A stretch of 64,000 nt of DNA from Vulcanisaeta sp. AZ3 (GCA_000960865.2 JZWU02000001.1:1-64000); one strand, 5' to 3'; counted from the first letter of the stretch, positions 1 through 10,322 are shown. A program made the numbers and translations. The notes: generated from the letters alone by a model not told the origin.

Positions 1-1573
1 GCGTGACGGGGCCTACCACAATACCCTCACCAACGTCAAGAATAGATATCAACTTACCTAACTCCGCATTTAAGACCTCACTGGCTCCGAAGACCGCAGA
101 TATATCACTCTGATTGACAAGCCTAAGTATTATCTGGCTATTACATTGGCTTAAAACATCAGGATCAATCTTAGAGGGCCTCTGGGTAATAACGACTAGG
201 TATACCCCAAACTTACGCCCCTCGCTGGCAATCCTAGAAATTACGCCAAGACTTAGGGTAGATCTTACGTGCTTTGGCGGTGCGAACCTATGAGCCTCCT
301 CAAGAATAACAACGACGGGGAAGGGGTACTTAGGGCCCTCTAAATTCCTCATGTAACTAACCCTAGCCTTAAAGACCCTGGTTAGGATATGGCTTGTTAC
401 GTGGTCTTGAACCTCATCATTAAGGCCAGCTAGATTGAGTATTGTCACAGTGCCTGGCCTTAAAATCTTCGTTATTGGTAATGACCAATACGTATATATA
501 CCAAGCCTGTCGAGTTTTCTTAAGTATGTTCTTGCGCTTACTAGTACAGTTCTGCCTGCCTTATTGTTGCCTATGAGTTCATCAATCTCTTTAGTAATTT
601 TTCTTATTTTTTCTCTATCCCCCTCATTAAGTGTTGCGTTGAATGGTTTGAGTATGGCATTGATTATATAATTATCAATATTGTTACTTCCATACTCGAG
701 CATTCTATCTATTATTTTAATCATTGTCTTTAATGTACCAATCTTCTTAACTCCCGTATACCTCACGAGAGATTTAATCAGGGTATGTAATAGGTAGATA
801 AGGTACCTAATCCTTGAGGCCTTACTAGGTATACCAGCAACACTGGCTAGCGTCTCATAATCAATCTTAGTGACGTTAACCCTATACTTTAAATCACCAG
901 ATCCTGTGTCCAAAGCTTCTACAACTTGAACTCTATTTATGAATTGACGACCCAACCTTGATACACTATTTTTTATATGCACGTACTCACCATGTGGATC
1001 TATCACAAGTACTGTTGCTCCTTTCTTCAATAACTCCTCGATTAATACTATCGATGACCAAGTCTTACCGCTACCTGTAGCTGCAATTATCGCTAAGTGC
1101 CTCCTAAGTCCATTCATATCTATGCAATACGGCACATCAGATTTAAGGAACAATTTACCAATGCACAATGCCCTCTCTGGATCAACCCTAACGAACTCAC
1201 TAACCATGCTTGCATCCGCTAGGTAAACAGGCGTGCCTACTGGGGGTGTTGACTTAGGCATGAGTATCTTACCTCCATACCTATAGCCCAGGATCATTAC
1301 CATCGCTTGCATAACCTCCACAATGCTTCCCGTTGGAATATCCTTGAATACATCTGCCACATAACCGTCAGACCCAAAACCATAGGGTTCACGCCTTATC
1401 CATAATACCTGCCCCAAAACCTTAACTTCGACTTCCTTGTTGTCTACATAATCCTTCATTGGTATGTAAACATAGTCATACCTATTGACACCACCACCTT
1501 TCTCTAGCGCTATTAAGTAAATTAGTGGGTTTTCCACATTAATAACGAAGCCAACTTCATTAACCATTATCAT
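1..1573 (-). CDS. HerA/DUF87-family P-loop ATPase (3' end runs off window)
   Basis: Absent from the ORF track because there is no stop in the window. Manual translation from ATG 1573/1567: MVNEVGFVINVE...RHLAIIAATGSGKT (Walker A)...VIDPHGEY...ILEEAHRFAP (Walker B)...EGRKFG...TQRPS. Confidence 0.88.
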   Translation of the reverse strand, partial: MIMVNEVGFVINVENPLIYLIALEKGGGVNRYDYVYIPMKDYVDNKEVEVKVLGQVLWIRREPYGFGSDGYVADVFKDIPTGSIVEVMQAMVMILGYRYGGKILMPKSTPPVGTPVYLADASMVSEFVRVDPERALCIGKLFLKSDVPYCIDMNGLRRHLAIIAATGSGKTWSSIVLIEELLKKGATVLVIDPHGEYVHIKNSVSRLGRQFINRVQVVEALDTGSGDLKYRVNVTKIDYETLASVAGIPSKASRIRYLIYLLHTLIKSLVRYTGVKKIGTLKTMIKIIDRMLEYGSNNIDNYIINAILKPFNATLNEGDREKIRKITKEIDELIGNNKAGRTVLVSARTYLRKLDRLGIYTYWSLPITKILRPGTVTILNLAGLNDEVQDHVTSHILTRVFKARVSYMRNLEGPKYPFPVVVILEEAHRFAPPKHVRSTLSLGVISRIASEGRKFGVYLVVITQRPSKIDPDVLSQCNSQIILRLVNQSDISAVFGASEVLNAELGKLISILDVGEGIVVGPVT

Positions 1574-1694
1574 TTAATATTGTCGAACTTGAGTTTTTAA
1601 TTATTATATTTACGATAAGTATAGTAGAGAACAATGAAACTTTCACTAATTAAGGAACCCAATACTTATTTTAAGCAAAATCCATGCGATCCTA

Positions 1695-2828
1695 ATGGTT
1701 AGGGTTAGGTGTCTAAGGTGTGGCTTTACTGGTGAGATGCGTAGCAATTACTGCCCTAGGTGTGGCTTTCCATTAATTACCGAGCCCAGGGATACGCTTA
1801 GGATCGAGAGAGATAGGCCAAGTATTTGGAGGTACTCCTCCGTACTTAACCATGGTAGTAGGGTTATGACACTTGGTGAGGGCTTCACGAGGATTAGGAA
1901 GATTAATGGCATACTAATTAAGGACGAATCTAGAAACCCTACGGGCTCCTTTATGGATAGAGGTTCGGCCATAGTAATGAGTAATACTGTTGGTGGTGAA
2001 GTTAGGGTTGGTTTTGAGGAGGATTTCACGTTATCCTTAGCTACGTATGCCAAGGTTGCTGGGGTTAATGTTAAGGTTTATGTGGATCCTAGGGTTGTTG
2101 CTGCGTATCCTGAGCTCCTTAGGTTAGTGATGATGGACAATGTAACTGTGGAGTTTAGGGAGTCCTTAGCTAATTCCGACATTCATTATGGAGATCCCCT
2201 ATTCCTAGATGGTGTTAAGACAATTGCCTATGAGCTCTACGAGCAGATTGGTGAGGTTGAGGGTATCGTAGTACCCATGGAGAGAGGTTACCTGGCCCTG
2301 GCCATTTACGAGGGATTTAGGGAATTGCAGGAGTGGGGATTAGTTGGGGATGTGCCTAGGTTTATCCTTGTTAAGTATAGGGCTAGTGGTACTAATGATA
2401 TTGCTAACTGGCTTGTTAGTGTGGGGGCTAGGGTGGAGGATGTGGAGGATACTGATATTACTAAGGGTATGATTGAACTTGCCATGAGCGGCCTTTACGT
2501 AAAACCTGTGTCCGCAATGGCATACGCAGCAGCAAAGACCCTGGGTAGGGATTACGTGGTTGTAATAACTGGCACTGGGATTAGAGAGTACAGGATTGGT
2601 AGGGGGTATAGGGGCCTCACGAAGCTTCAGGAGGCCATAATTAAGGTTCTCGAAGTCTCAGGTCCATTAACGGCCTATGAAATTTGGGAGAGACTCGATG
2701 GCGGTGTTACTATTCAAGGTGTTTATAAGTCATTGAATTCCTTGGCCAGGCGTGGTGTGATTTCGATTGATTATGAAGCCCATGGTAATAGAAAGATTAG
2801 GGTATATAGGTTGATGAATTATAAATAA
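1695..2828 (+). CDS. Threonine synthase-like (fold type II) protein with N-terminal Zn ribbon and C-terminal winged helix; PLP lysine absent
   Basis: CxxC..CxxC N-terminus, IWRY, TLGEGFT, DESRNPTGSFMDRG, KTIAYE; C-terminal LTAYEIWERL..TIQGVYKSLNSL. Confidence 0.8.
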   Translation: MVRVRCLRCGFTGEMRSNYCPRCGFPLITEPRDTLRIERDRPSIWRYSSVLNHGSRVMTLGEGFTRIRKINGILIKDESRNPTGSFMDRGSAIVMSNTVGGEVRVGFEEDFTLSLATYAKVAGVNVKVYVDPRVVAAYPELLRLVMMDNVTVEFRESLANSDIHYGDPLFLDGVKTIAYELYEQIGEVEGIVVPMERGYLALAIYEGFRELQEWGLVGDVPRFILVKYRASGTNDIANWLVSVGARVEDVEDTDITKGMIELAMSGLYVKPVSAMAYAAAKTLGRDYVVVITGTGIREYRIGRGYRGLTKLQEAIIKVLEVSGPLTAYEIWERLDGGVTIQGVYKSLNSLARRGVISIDYEAHGNRKIRVYRLMNYK

Positions 2829-2919
2829 TTATTAATAATTAACAAATAATACCGCGGAAAACCCATGCATTAATTGAATAATAAAAATTATAAATATTTT
2901 AAAACTCTAATGGCTCAGT

Positions 2920-3813
2920 ATGATGGTTGAGAAACTACCGTCGACCTACACCTCAATACTTAATGCACTTGTGGATCTGTACATGGCGTCTAGACGACCT
3001 GTGAAGTCTAAGGATATTGCTGAGAAGCTCAATATCAATGAGGGTACTGTAAGGAACTCCATGGTTGCCCTAAGAGCTATGGGCTACATAGAATCTAAGA
3101 CTGGCCCTTACGGTGGTTACATACCCACGCAGAAGGCCCTTGAGTACATTAAAACGCCGACAAATGCTGCTCTTACCCTGGACATAGCACCAATGGCTAT
3201 CAATAAGTTGCCCACTAACCTATACGTGATGAGTATAGAATTATTAGATGTTATTAATCCATTTAATAATAGGGCTCTTGTTAGAGTTATTGGTGATCTA
3301 AAAAACGTTAAGGTTGGAGATAACGTTAGGATTGGGCCCACGGTAAATAGCAGAGTCATAATTGAGGGTATAATTACGGAGAAGAATGAGAGCCTTAGGG
3401 AATTAGTGGTCTCAATCAATAAGTTAATAGCAATTCCAAAGGTTAAGGTTAAGGAATTAATGAGTAAGGAAATCATAACTATAAACCAGGATGCATCCCT
3501 CAGGGATGCAGCAAAAATATTTGCTGAGAGGAGGATTAGGGCATTACCCGTCATTGACAGTGAAGGTAAGATTGTTGGTTTAATAACCAGTAGTGACGTA
3601 TCTAAGGCATACGTCGACGGCAACCTAAATGCAAAGATTAAGGACTACATGAGGAGAGATGCCCCAACAATTGATAAGGACTCCGATCTATACGATGCCA
3701 TGAGGCGCATGAGTATGAATAAAATTGGTAGGTTAATCGTTGTTAGTAGTGGTAAGCCCCTAGGTATAATAACAAGGACCGACGTACTTAACTACCTAAC
3801 CTCACTAGAGTGA
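2920..3813 (+). CDS. HTH plus tandem CBS domain transcriptional regulator (COG2524-like)
   Basis: SKDIAEKLNINEGTVRN HTH, GPYGGY, two CBS repeats (ALPVID..GLIT; RLIVV..GIITRTD). Confidence 0.85.
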   Translation: MMVEKLPSTYTSILNALVDLYMASRRPVKSKDIAEKLNINEGTVRNSMVALRAMGYIESKTGPYGGYIPTQKALEYIKTPTNAALTLDIAPMAINKLPTNLYVMSIELLDVINPFNNRALVRVIGDLKNVKVGDNVRIGPTVNSRVIIEGIITEKNESLRELVVSINKLIAIPKVKVKELMSKEIITINQDASLRDAAKIFAERRIRALPVIDSEGKIVGLITSSDVSKAYVDGNLNAKIKDYMRRDAPTIDKDSDLYDAMRRMSMNKIGRLIVVSSGKPLGIITRTDVLNYLTSLE

Positions 3814-3878
3814 GCACTAATAATTAACTATCAATAAGCACTTTTAAAGGGAGACTCCTCAATAACAAGCCAATTAAT

Positions 3879-5006
3879 ATGCCAGATCGAGCATTATCAC
3901 TAGATGAGAGACCTGTCTTGGTATTTTACGAAATCACCAAGGCATGCCCACTAGCCTGTAGACATTGCAGAGCCAACGCTCTCCTCAAACCATTACCCAC
4001 AGAATTAAGCACTAAGGAGGCCTTGAAGTTCATCGAGGATTTAACAGGCTTTGGTAAGCCATACCCAGTTCTCATAATGACTGGCGGCGATCCATTGATG
4101 AGGAATGATATCTTCGAACTAATAGACCACGCAAAATCCCTAGGCATACCCATAGCCCTATCACCCGCGGTATCAACTAAGTTACTCAATGATGATGTAC
4201 TCAAAGAAATTAAGGGCAAAGTGGCTTCCGTGTCGATAAGCCTCGACGGAGCCAAGGCCGAGACTCATAATTACATTAGGAGGACCGCCCTCGAACCAAT
4301 TAACGTATTCGAAACTACTCTAAGAATCTTTGAGAAGTTGAGGAGTTTTGATATTGAGTTTCAAGTTAATACTGCCGTCATGAAGATGAACGTGCATGAA
4401 TTACCAATGATCTTCAAAATAGTTAAGGAAAGCGGTGCCAATGCCTGGGAAGTCTTCTTCCTAATCCGCGTTGGTAGAGGGATGAAACTAGAACCCCTAA
4501 GTCCAGCTGAAAGTGAGGATGTTGTTCAATTCCTATACGAAGCATCACTATACGGGCTGTCAATAAGAACTGTGGAAGCACCATTCTTCAGGAGAGCCAT
4601 AATACAGAGGGGTTCGGGGCTTACGTATAGTGGTGGTAAATTATATTGGGAGTTAGTAAATGAATTGAGAAAGTTGATTGGTGAACCACCACCCAATGCC
4701 AGGAAACCGAGCTTCACACCAACCAGGGATGGTTATGGAATAATATTCGTGGCCAGCGATGGATCAATATACCCAAGCGGCTTCCTACCCCTAACCCTAG
4801 GCAACGTTAGGAGGGATAACATAGTCAATGTCTATAGAGAACACCCAGTGCTAAAGGCTATTAGAGAGGCTAAGTTCAACGGTAAGTGCGGCATTTGCGA
4901 ATTTAGGAACATATGCGGCGGATCAAGAGCCAGGGCATTCACAGAACTCGGAGATCCACTTGGTAGCGACCCAGCCTGTGTCTATGAACCAGTCATGGGG
5001 AAATGA
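3879..5006 (+). CDS. Radical SAM/SPASM protein, NirJ/Ahb-like (TIGR04053-type), probably heme biosynthesis
   Basis: CPLACRHC, TGGDPL, C-terminal CGICEFRNICGGSRARA..DPAC. Confidence 0.85.
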   Translation: MPDRALSLDERPVLVFYEITKACPLACRHCRANALLKPLPTELSTKEALKFIEDLTGFGKPYPVLIMTGGDPLMRNDIFELIDHAKSLGIPIALSPAVSTKLLNDDVLKEIKGKVASVSISLDGAKAETHNYIRRTALEPINVFETTLRIFEKLRSFDIEFQVNTAVMKMNVHELPMIFKIVKESGANAWEVFFLIRVGRGMKLEPLSPAESEDVVQFLYEASLYGLSIRTVEAPFFRRAIIQRGSGLTYSGGKLYWELVNELRKLIGEPPPNARKPSFTPTRDGYGIIFVASDGSIYPSGFLPLTLGNVRRDNIVNVYREHPVLKAIREAKFNGKCGICEFRNICGGSRARAFTELGDPLGSDPACVYEPVMGK

Positions 5007-5430
5007 GACTTAAGAACTTCCTCTTAACACCATACCTATCAAGAACCTCATTAATCCATCCCCATCGTAAACCCTCCCTCACATTACCAATACTAAGTAA
5101 CTCCCTGACTAGCTCTACATACCAAGTGAGTTGCTCATTAACAACGACAGACACGATTAAATCCTCAAGCGAGGCATAGGGAGCACTACCAATTAAGATT
5201 GCACGCGATGATAGATTTGGCACTAAAGACCTCTCAACAACAACAGAACCACCTAATGCATTCTTAACTCTCTCAGTATCATTACTAACCATAACGTCCA
5301 TGACACTAGGCAACGCAATTATGCCAATCCTACCACCAATAACCCTCAATAAACAAACCAATCCACAAGCATGATCAACACCCAAATCCACAAGCCTCCA
5401 GTGAACCTCCTCACAATTAGTGCACATCAT
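4993..5430 (-). CDS. Hypothetical protein, possibly degenerate nucleotidyltransferase-like
   Basis: 145-aa ORF overlapping the upstream phosphatase stop; YASLEDLIVS segment. Confidence 0.55.
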   Translation of the reverse strand: MMCTNCEEVHWRLVDLGVDHACGLVCLLRVIGGRIGIIALPSVMDVMVSNDTERVKNALGGSVVVERSLVPNLSSRAILIGSAPYASLEDLIVSVVVNEQLTWYVELVRELLSIGNVREGLRWGWINEVLDRYGVKRKFLSLISP

Positions 5431-6046
5431 TACAACCCCTCAATATCTCCTCATCACTAAATCCCAAACTCCTCAAGACAATCAACGGGCTCAGGTTTAA
5501 GTAAAGGAGTTGACCTAAATCAAGGTTTATGGCTGTTATTGAACCAGTACCAATGCGTAACTTATAGATATTACTCAGTGGTAAACCAATGACTAAGGCC
5601 ACAGCAGTCGCTATTGGATGCCAATGACTAACCGCAATCACATGCCTTACCCCAAGACCCCTTACATACTCGATGAAGTCACTCATTCTCTTAACAACGG
5701 AGTCCATAGACTCACCACCAGGTGGAGGATACTTAACTGGATCCCTCAAATAATTACTAAAGGGTATTTCGCTAATCCTCTTAAGCTCCCACTCACCCAT
5801 ATCCAACTCCCTCAATCTATCATCAACCCTAAAACCACGCGCAATACACTCAGCCACCTGCCTAGCCCGTAGTAAAGGTGAGGAGAATACAGGACCCTCA
5901 ATACCCATCTTACGCAGAAAAAGAGCTGCTGCGGCCGCCTCAAGCTTACCCTTTTCGGTTAGTGGATTATCATTATAATTCCTTGAGTGGAGAATTTCCT
6001 TCACGTTTAATTCAGCTTCTCCATGCCTAATGAGGTATATTATCAC
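5417..6046 (-). CDS. Histidine phosphatase (phosphoglycerate mutase family)
   Basis: LIRHGE, SSPLLRA, LRELDMGEWE, GGES, VSH. Confidence 0.9.
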   Translation of the reverse strand: MIIYLIRHGEAELNVKEILHSRNYNDNPLTEKGKLEAAAAALFLRKMGIEGPVFSSPLLRARQVAECIARGFRVDDRLRELDMGEWELKRISEIPFSNYLRDPVKYPPPGGESMDSVVKRMSDFIEYVRGLGVRHVIAVSHWHPIATAVALVIGLPLSNIYKLRIGTGSITAINLDLGQLLYLNLSPLIVLRSLGFSDEEILRGCNDVH

Positions 6047-6091
6047 GGTTAATCATGAATATTGACTAGGTATAATAGTATTTTGTTATTG

Positions 6092-7177
6092 TTAAACCTT
6101 AACTATTATGTCGGGCCAGTATGAATCGAGAACTCTAGCACCATTCCTCAATAGTACTACGTTACTCTCAAGCCTAACACCAAATCTACCCGGTAAGTAA
6201 ATCCCAGGCTCTATCGTAAACACACTACCAACGGGCAATTGCTTAGGATAGGATTGACTTACGTATGGTTCCTCATGAACCTCAAGCCCAATACCATGCC
6301 CAGTCCTATGAATGAAATAATCACCATAACCACCTCCAGCAATTACACCCCTAGCCACGGAATCAATGAAAGCTCCAGTAACACCATCCCTAACAGCCCT
6401 TATAGCCTCATCATGAGCCTTCATAACAAGATCATAAACACGTTGAAAGCCATTTGGCATATTACCAATGGCAAACGTCCTTGTTAGATCGCCATAGTAA
6501 TCATTATATGTTGCCGTAACGTCAATCACCACAACATCACCAATCTCAATCCTCTTCTTGGATGGCATCCAGTGAGGAATTGCTGAATTAGGACCTGACT
6601 GAACAAGGGCATCCCTGGGCTCAGCTCCTGCATTAATTATTGCATCACTAATAATCCTGGCCGCATCAACTTCAGTCATTCCTGGCCTAATGGATTCATG
6701 AGCAGCCCTAATACCCTCCTCAATAGCCTTAACAGCCCTCTCAATATTGCTCAATTCATCCGTATCCTTCGAAATCCTCATCGAGGCTAGGACATCATCT
6801 ATAGAGACATCCTCAAACCCACTAACTACCTTACGCATGGCCCATAAATAATCAATACTTGCCCTACCCTCAAAACCAACTCTCCTAATCAAACCACACC
6901 CATCAACAAAGGCTTTAATACCATTAACTGGACCTTCATCATCACCATAGACAATATACGGCAAGCCAGTGGCCTTGGCCTTACCCTCATCAAGTCTCGG
7001 GAGCAATAGGGTGTATGAACCATTGTTTATACATATTAATAATGCACCAAACCTCTCGAAAGTTTCTATGTATGAACCAACTAAATACCTAAAGTTAGGC
7101 CCTGGCACTATTACCGTTAAGTCAACTCCCAACCCACTAACCTCCTTAATGAACCTATTAATCCTATCACTACCCAT
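6092..7177 (-). CDS. pepQ: Xaa-Pro peptidase, M24 family
   Basis: SGPNSAIPH, D..YYGDLTRT, HRTGHGIGLEVHE, TIEPGIY, GVRLE. Confidence 0.9.
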   Translation of the reverse strand: MGSDRINRFIKEVSGLGVDLTVIVPGPNFRYLVGSYIETFERFGALLICINNGSYTLLLPRLDEGKAKATGLPYIVYGDDEGPVNGIKAFVDGCGLIRRVGFEGRASIDYLWAMRKVVSGFEDVSIDDVLASMRISKDTDELSNIERAVKAIEEGIRAAHESIRPGMTEVDAARIISDAIINAGAEPRDALVQSGPNSAIPHWMPSKKRIEIGDVVVIDVTATYNDYYGDLTRTFAIGNMPNGFQRVYDLVMKAHDEAIRAVRDGVTGAFIDSVARGVIAGGGYGDYFIHRTGHGIGLEVHEEPYVSQSYPKQLPVGSVFTIEPGIYLPGRFGVRLESNVVLLRNGARVLDSYWPDIIVKV

Positions 7178-7220
7178 TGAGGTACCAAGTCTTATCCTTG
7201 CCGTCCTCCATTTAAGTGTT

Positions 7221-7274
7221 GTGATCAGTAGAGGCCGCTAACATCATTAATCAGAACCCGTAGATTCATCACTT
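7221..7274 (-). ncRNA. Box C/D 2'-O-methylation guide sRNA
   Basis: Minus strand GTGATGA(C)-ATCTACGGGTT-CTGA(D')-TTA-ATGATGT(C')-TAGCGGCCTCTA-CTGA(D); canonical spacing; intergenic. Confidence 0.85.
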
Positions 7275-7320
7275 AATTTTTAGAATGCATGGCAAGGCTT
7301 TACACTTATTTTTAAAGCAA

Positions 7321-7983
7321 TTATTTGGCGAATTGAAGAGCCACAGGGCTACTTCTTAGTCTTTCAATTAGGTTTAGAAGGGATGGCGTCTTCTCCCTCT
7401 CCACAATTATGTAAATGTCATTGTCATATCTCAGGACGTGCTTTGCAGTTATTTGGTTAGACTTCATTACTTGTATTAAGAATGTTACAATACCCACAGG
7501 AGCCTTATCAGCAAACATTATCCTAACCATACCATACTCAACAACATTACTCCCCTGGCACACATTAGTTATGTACATGATGGGTGCAATTACGTGCAAT
7601 TTATTACCATCATTAAGCATTATAAAGTGGGTATTTAATGATGACAATAAATCCCTCAGCTTACTCACCTTCTCCTTATTCTCCTCCGTAAGCAACACCT
7701 CCACCTCACCCATACCACTATACGTAATTATCTCAGCAGTGCTTAAGGCCTTCACAATATCTGGATACTCATTAACTAACTTATAATTCAGCGAAAGTCT
7801 CTCTAACGCCTTCACGATAGTGAACACCTTCGCATCTTTACCAATCATTGAATTCACGAGAGGCTTAATGTTGCGGGCCAGTGCTGATAAATTCACTAAA
7901 CCAGTAGAGAGTAATGTTACGTAGAATGGGTTCTCCTCAATAATTATCCTAACTGCCTGTTGAATACTAAGTTCTCGAGACAC
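7321..7983 (-). CDS. Conserved archaeal protein, probable C-terminal ACT-like domain
   Basis: 220 aa; GLVNLSALARNI helical N-terminus, PVGIVTFLIQVM..NQI ACT-like C-terminus. Confidence 0.65.
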   Translation of the reverse strand: MSRELSIQQAVRIIIEENPFYVTLLSTGLVNLSALARNIKPLVNSMIGKDAKVFTIVKALERLSLNYKLVNEYPDIVKALSTAEIITYSGMGEVEVLLTEENKEKVSKLRDLLSSLNTHFIMLNDGNKLHVIAPIMYITNVCQGSNVVEYGMVRIMFADKAPVGIVTFLIQVMKSNQITAKHVLRYDNDIYIIVEREKTPSLLNLIERLRSSPVALQFAK

Positions 7984-8132
7984 AAAATCACCTTAAGAAT
8001 CAGAGTTAATATTTCTTTTTCTCACTAAAGACAAATAAAGTCCAAAATCAGTATTTATTGCGTGAGGTCATAGGTGAAATAAGTAATAAAGTTAGTATTG
8101 AGTAATAATGTTTAAAAAGCCGTAAAAACGTA

Positions 8133-10322
8133 ATGATAGTGATGTTACCACTAGAATTATTATTAGCAATAATAATACCAGTAGTTGGGCTTGCCCTGGC
8201 CGGTTACAACGCCTCATCAGTACTCAGAATTATACCAGGTAAGAAAGAATTAACGGAGATAAACATGCTAATCGCCGAAGGAGGTAAGACATTCCTAATG
8301 AGAGAATACAAGACCATACTACCCACAGGCATAATCCTAACCATACTAATATGGGCAGCCTACTACTTAATATTCCACAGCGGCCTCATGGCAGGCCTCG
8401 GAGCCCTAGCCTTCGCCCTAGGCGCAATCGGAAGCGCCACTGCCGGTTACTTAGGCATGTACGTAACCACTAGGAGTGCGGCTAAGACTGCTTGGATGGC
8501 GAGGAATGGCATGGGCTCAGCCCTAAGTACTTCCTTCAGGGCAGGCACAGTCATGGGACTATCACTAGCTAGCATAGCCCTACTCATAATAACCATACTC
8601 TACCTAGCCTACTCCTCAATACTACCCACACCACTCTGGGCTGAGGCTCTGGCTCCCGTGGCTTTCGGTGCAAGTTTAATTTCATTATTCATAAGGGTGG
8701 CGGGCGGCATATATACAAAGGCTGCTGATTGGGGTGCAGACATTGTTGGTAAGGTTGAGGCAGGAATTCCAGAGGATGACCCAAGAAATCCAGGAACGAT
8801 CGCGGATAATGTGGGTGATAATGTGGGTGATTGTGCAGGTATGGCTAGTGATGTTTATGAGTCCTACGTAGTGGTACTCGCTGGTGCATTATTATTAGCA
8901 GCGGTCTTTAGGCTTGCATTATCGCTCGTAAACCTATCAATAGTAATAGCCACATTAACATTCATAGGCACATTAATTGGAATCCAAGTAGTTAGGGGTG
9001 AAGTTAAGGGTAAAGACTTAGCAGCTGCAGCTATGGGTAAGTTGAACATGGCACTTTACACCACAATAATCGTAGCAGCTATACTAGTTGGCATATATGC
9101 CTTCCTCGTATTCCCAACAATGGAGGCTATGGCCATATTCGTAGCAGACCTCTTGGGTATGATAACAGCCATCGTAGTCCTATACGTAACTGAATACTTC
9201 ACTCACTACACATTCCCACCAGTTAGGAACATAGCCCAACAAGCAGCCATCTCAGCCTCCAACGTAATAGTGGCCGGTTACTCATACGGCTTGTTAAGCG
9301 CCGTGCCAACCATACTAATGGTCGTGGCAGCCCTCGGAATATCCTACGTACTAGGTTCCATGTTCATACCACCATACGGCATTGAAGGCGGTATTTTCGG
9401 GACGGCAGTGGCTTCCGTGGGCCTGCTAAGCCTTGCCGGTATTGTAATATCCCTAGACTCATACGGGCCTGTCTCAGATAATGCCGGTGGCCTTGTAGAA
9501 ATGACGGGTATGGAAGATGTTAGAGAAATAACAGACTCCCTAGATGCCATAGGCAACACCTTCAAGGCAACCACGAAGGGTTACGCAATAGCTAGTGCAG
9601 GTTTGGCTGCCTTAATATTATTCATAGGCTTCATATACGAGGTTGTGGAGAGGATGGGAATACCATTGACTAAGGCTTTCAGCGAATTAATGGTTATTGA
9701 TCCGAGAATAATAATTGGAGCCCTAGTCGGGATCGTTTTAGTTTACTTCTTCTCAAGTAGAACCCTGGCCTCCGTGGGCAGAGCTGCAGGTGAGCTTGTT
9801 GAGGAGATTAGGAGACAATTTAGGGAGAAGAGGATATTAGAGCTATGGCCTCAGGAAAAGCCAGATTACAATAGAGCTATTGACATAGTCACAACACATG
9901 CACTTAAGAGCTTCCTAGTGCCAGGTTTATCCGCCGTAATAATACCAATAATTATAGGTCTAGCCCTCGGGTGGATGGGCCTCGTAGGCTTAATATTCGG
10001 CGTAATACTCGCAGGCTTCCCAAGGGCATTACTTATGGCTAATGCAGGAGGTGCATGGGACAACGCTAAGAAGTATATTGAAATAGAGGGGGTGGTCATT
10101 AACGGTCAGAGGTACGGTAAGAAGAGTGAACCTCATAAAAACGCGGTGGTTGGGGATGTGGTTGGAGATCCATTCAAGGACACTACAGGGCCTTCATTAA
10201 ACCCATTAATCAAGGTTGTGAATACTGTATCCATAGTCTTCGCGCCTGTCATAGCCATAATAAGTCTAATAAACCCGGCAGCATCACCATTACTAATGCA
10301 CCTAATATCCATATTACTATAA
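8133..10322 (+). CDS. hppA: Membrane H+-translocating pyrophosphatase, K+-independent type
   Basis: GGIYTKAADWGAD, EDDPRNP, DNVGDNVGD, GNTFKATTKG (Lys at the K+-independence site), GGAWDNAKK, GDPFKD. Confidence 0.95.
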   Translation: MIVMLPLELLLAIIIPVVGLALAGYNASSVLRIIPGKKELTEINMLIAEGGKTFLMREYKTILPTGIILTILIWAAYYLIFHSGLMAGLGALAFALGAIGSATAGYLGMYVTTRSAAKTAWMARNGMGSALSTSFRAGTVMGLSLASIALLIITILYLAYSSILPTPLWAEALAPVAFGASLISLFIRVAGGIYTKAADWGADIVGKVEAGIPEDDPRNPGTIADNVGDNVGDCAGMASDVYESYVVVLAGALLLAAVFRLALSLVNLSIVIATLTFIGTLIGIQVVRGEVKGKDLAAAAMGKLNMALYTTIIVAAILVGIYAFLVFPTMEAMAIFVADLLGMITAIVVLYVTEYFTHYTFPPVRNIAQQAAISASNVIVAGYSYGLLSAVPTILMVVAALGISYVLGSMFIPPYGIEGGIFGTAVASVGLLSLAGIVISLDSYGPVSDNAGGLVEMTGMEDVREITDSLDAIGNTFKATTKGYAIASAGLAALILFIGFIYEVVERMGIPLTKAFSELMVIDPRIIIGALVGIVLVYFFSSRTLASVGRAAGELVEEIRRQFREKRILELWPQEKPDYNRAIDIVTTHALKSFLVPGLSAVIIPIIIGLALGWMGLVGLIFGVILAGFPRALLMANAGGAWDNAKKYIEIEGVVINGQRYGKKSEPHKNAVVGDVVGDPFKDTTGPSLNPLIKVVNTVSIVFAPVIAIISLINPAASPLLMHLISILL

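Noticed and set aside
435-671. 78-aa plus-strand ORF, and the many similar short antisense ORFs in the track
   Set aside because: Shadows of well-supported genes on the opposite strand (here the HerA-like gene), with no motifs
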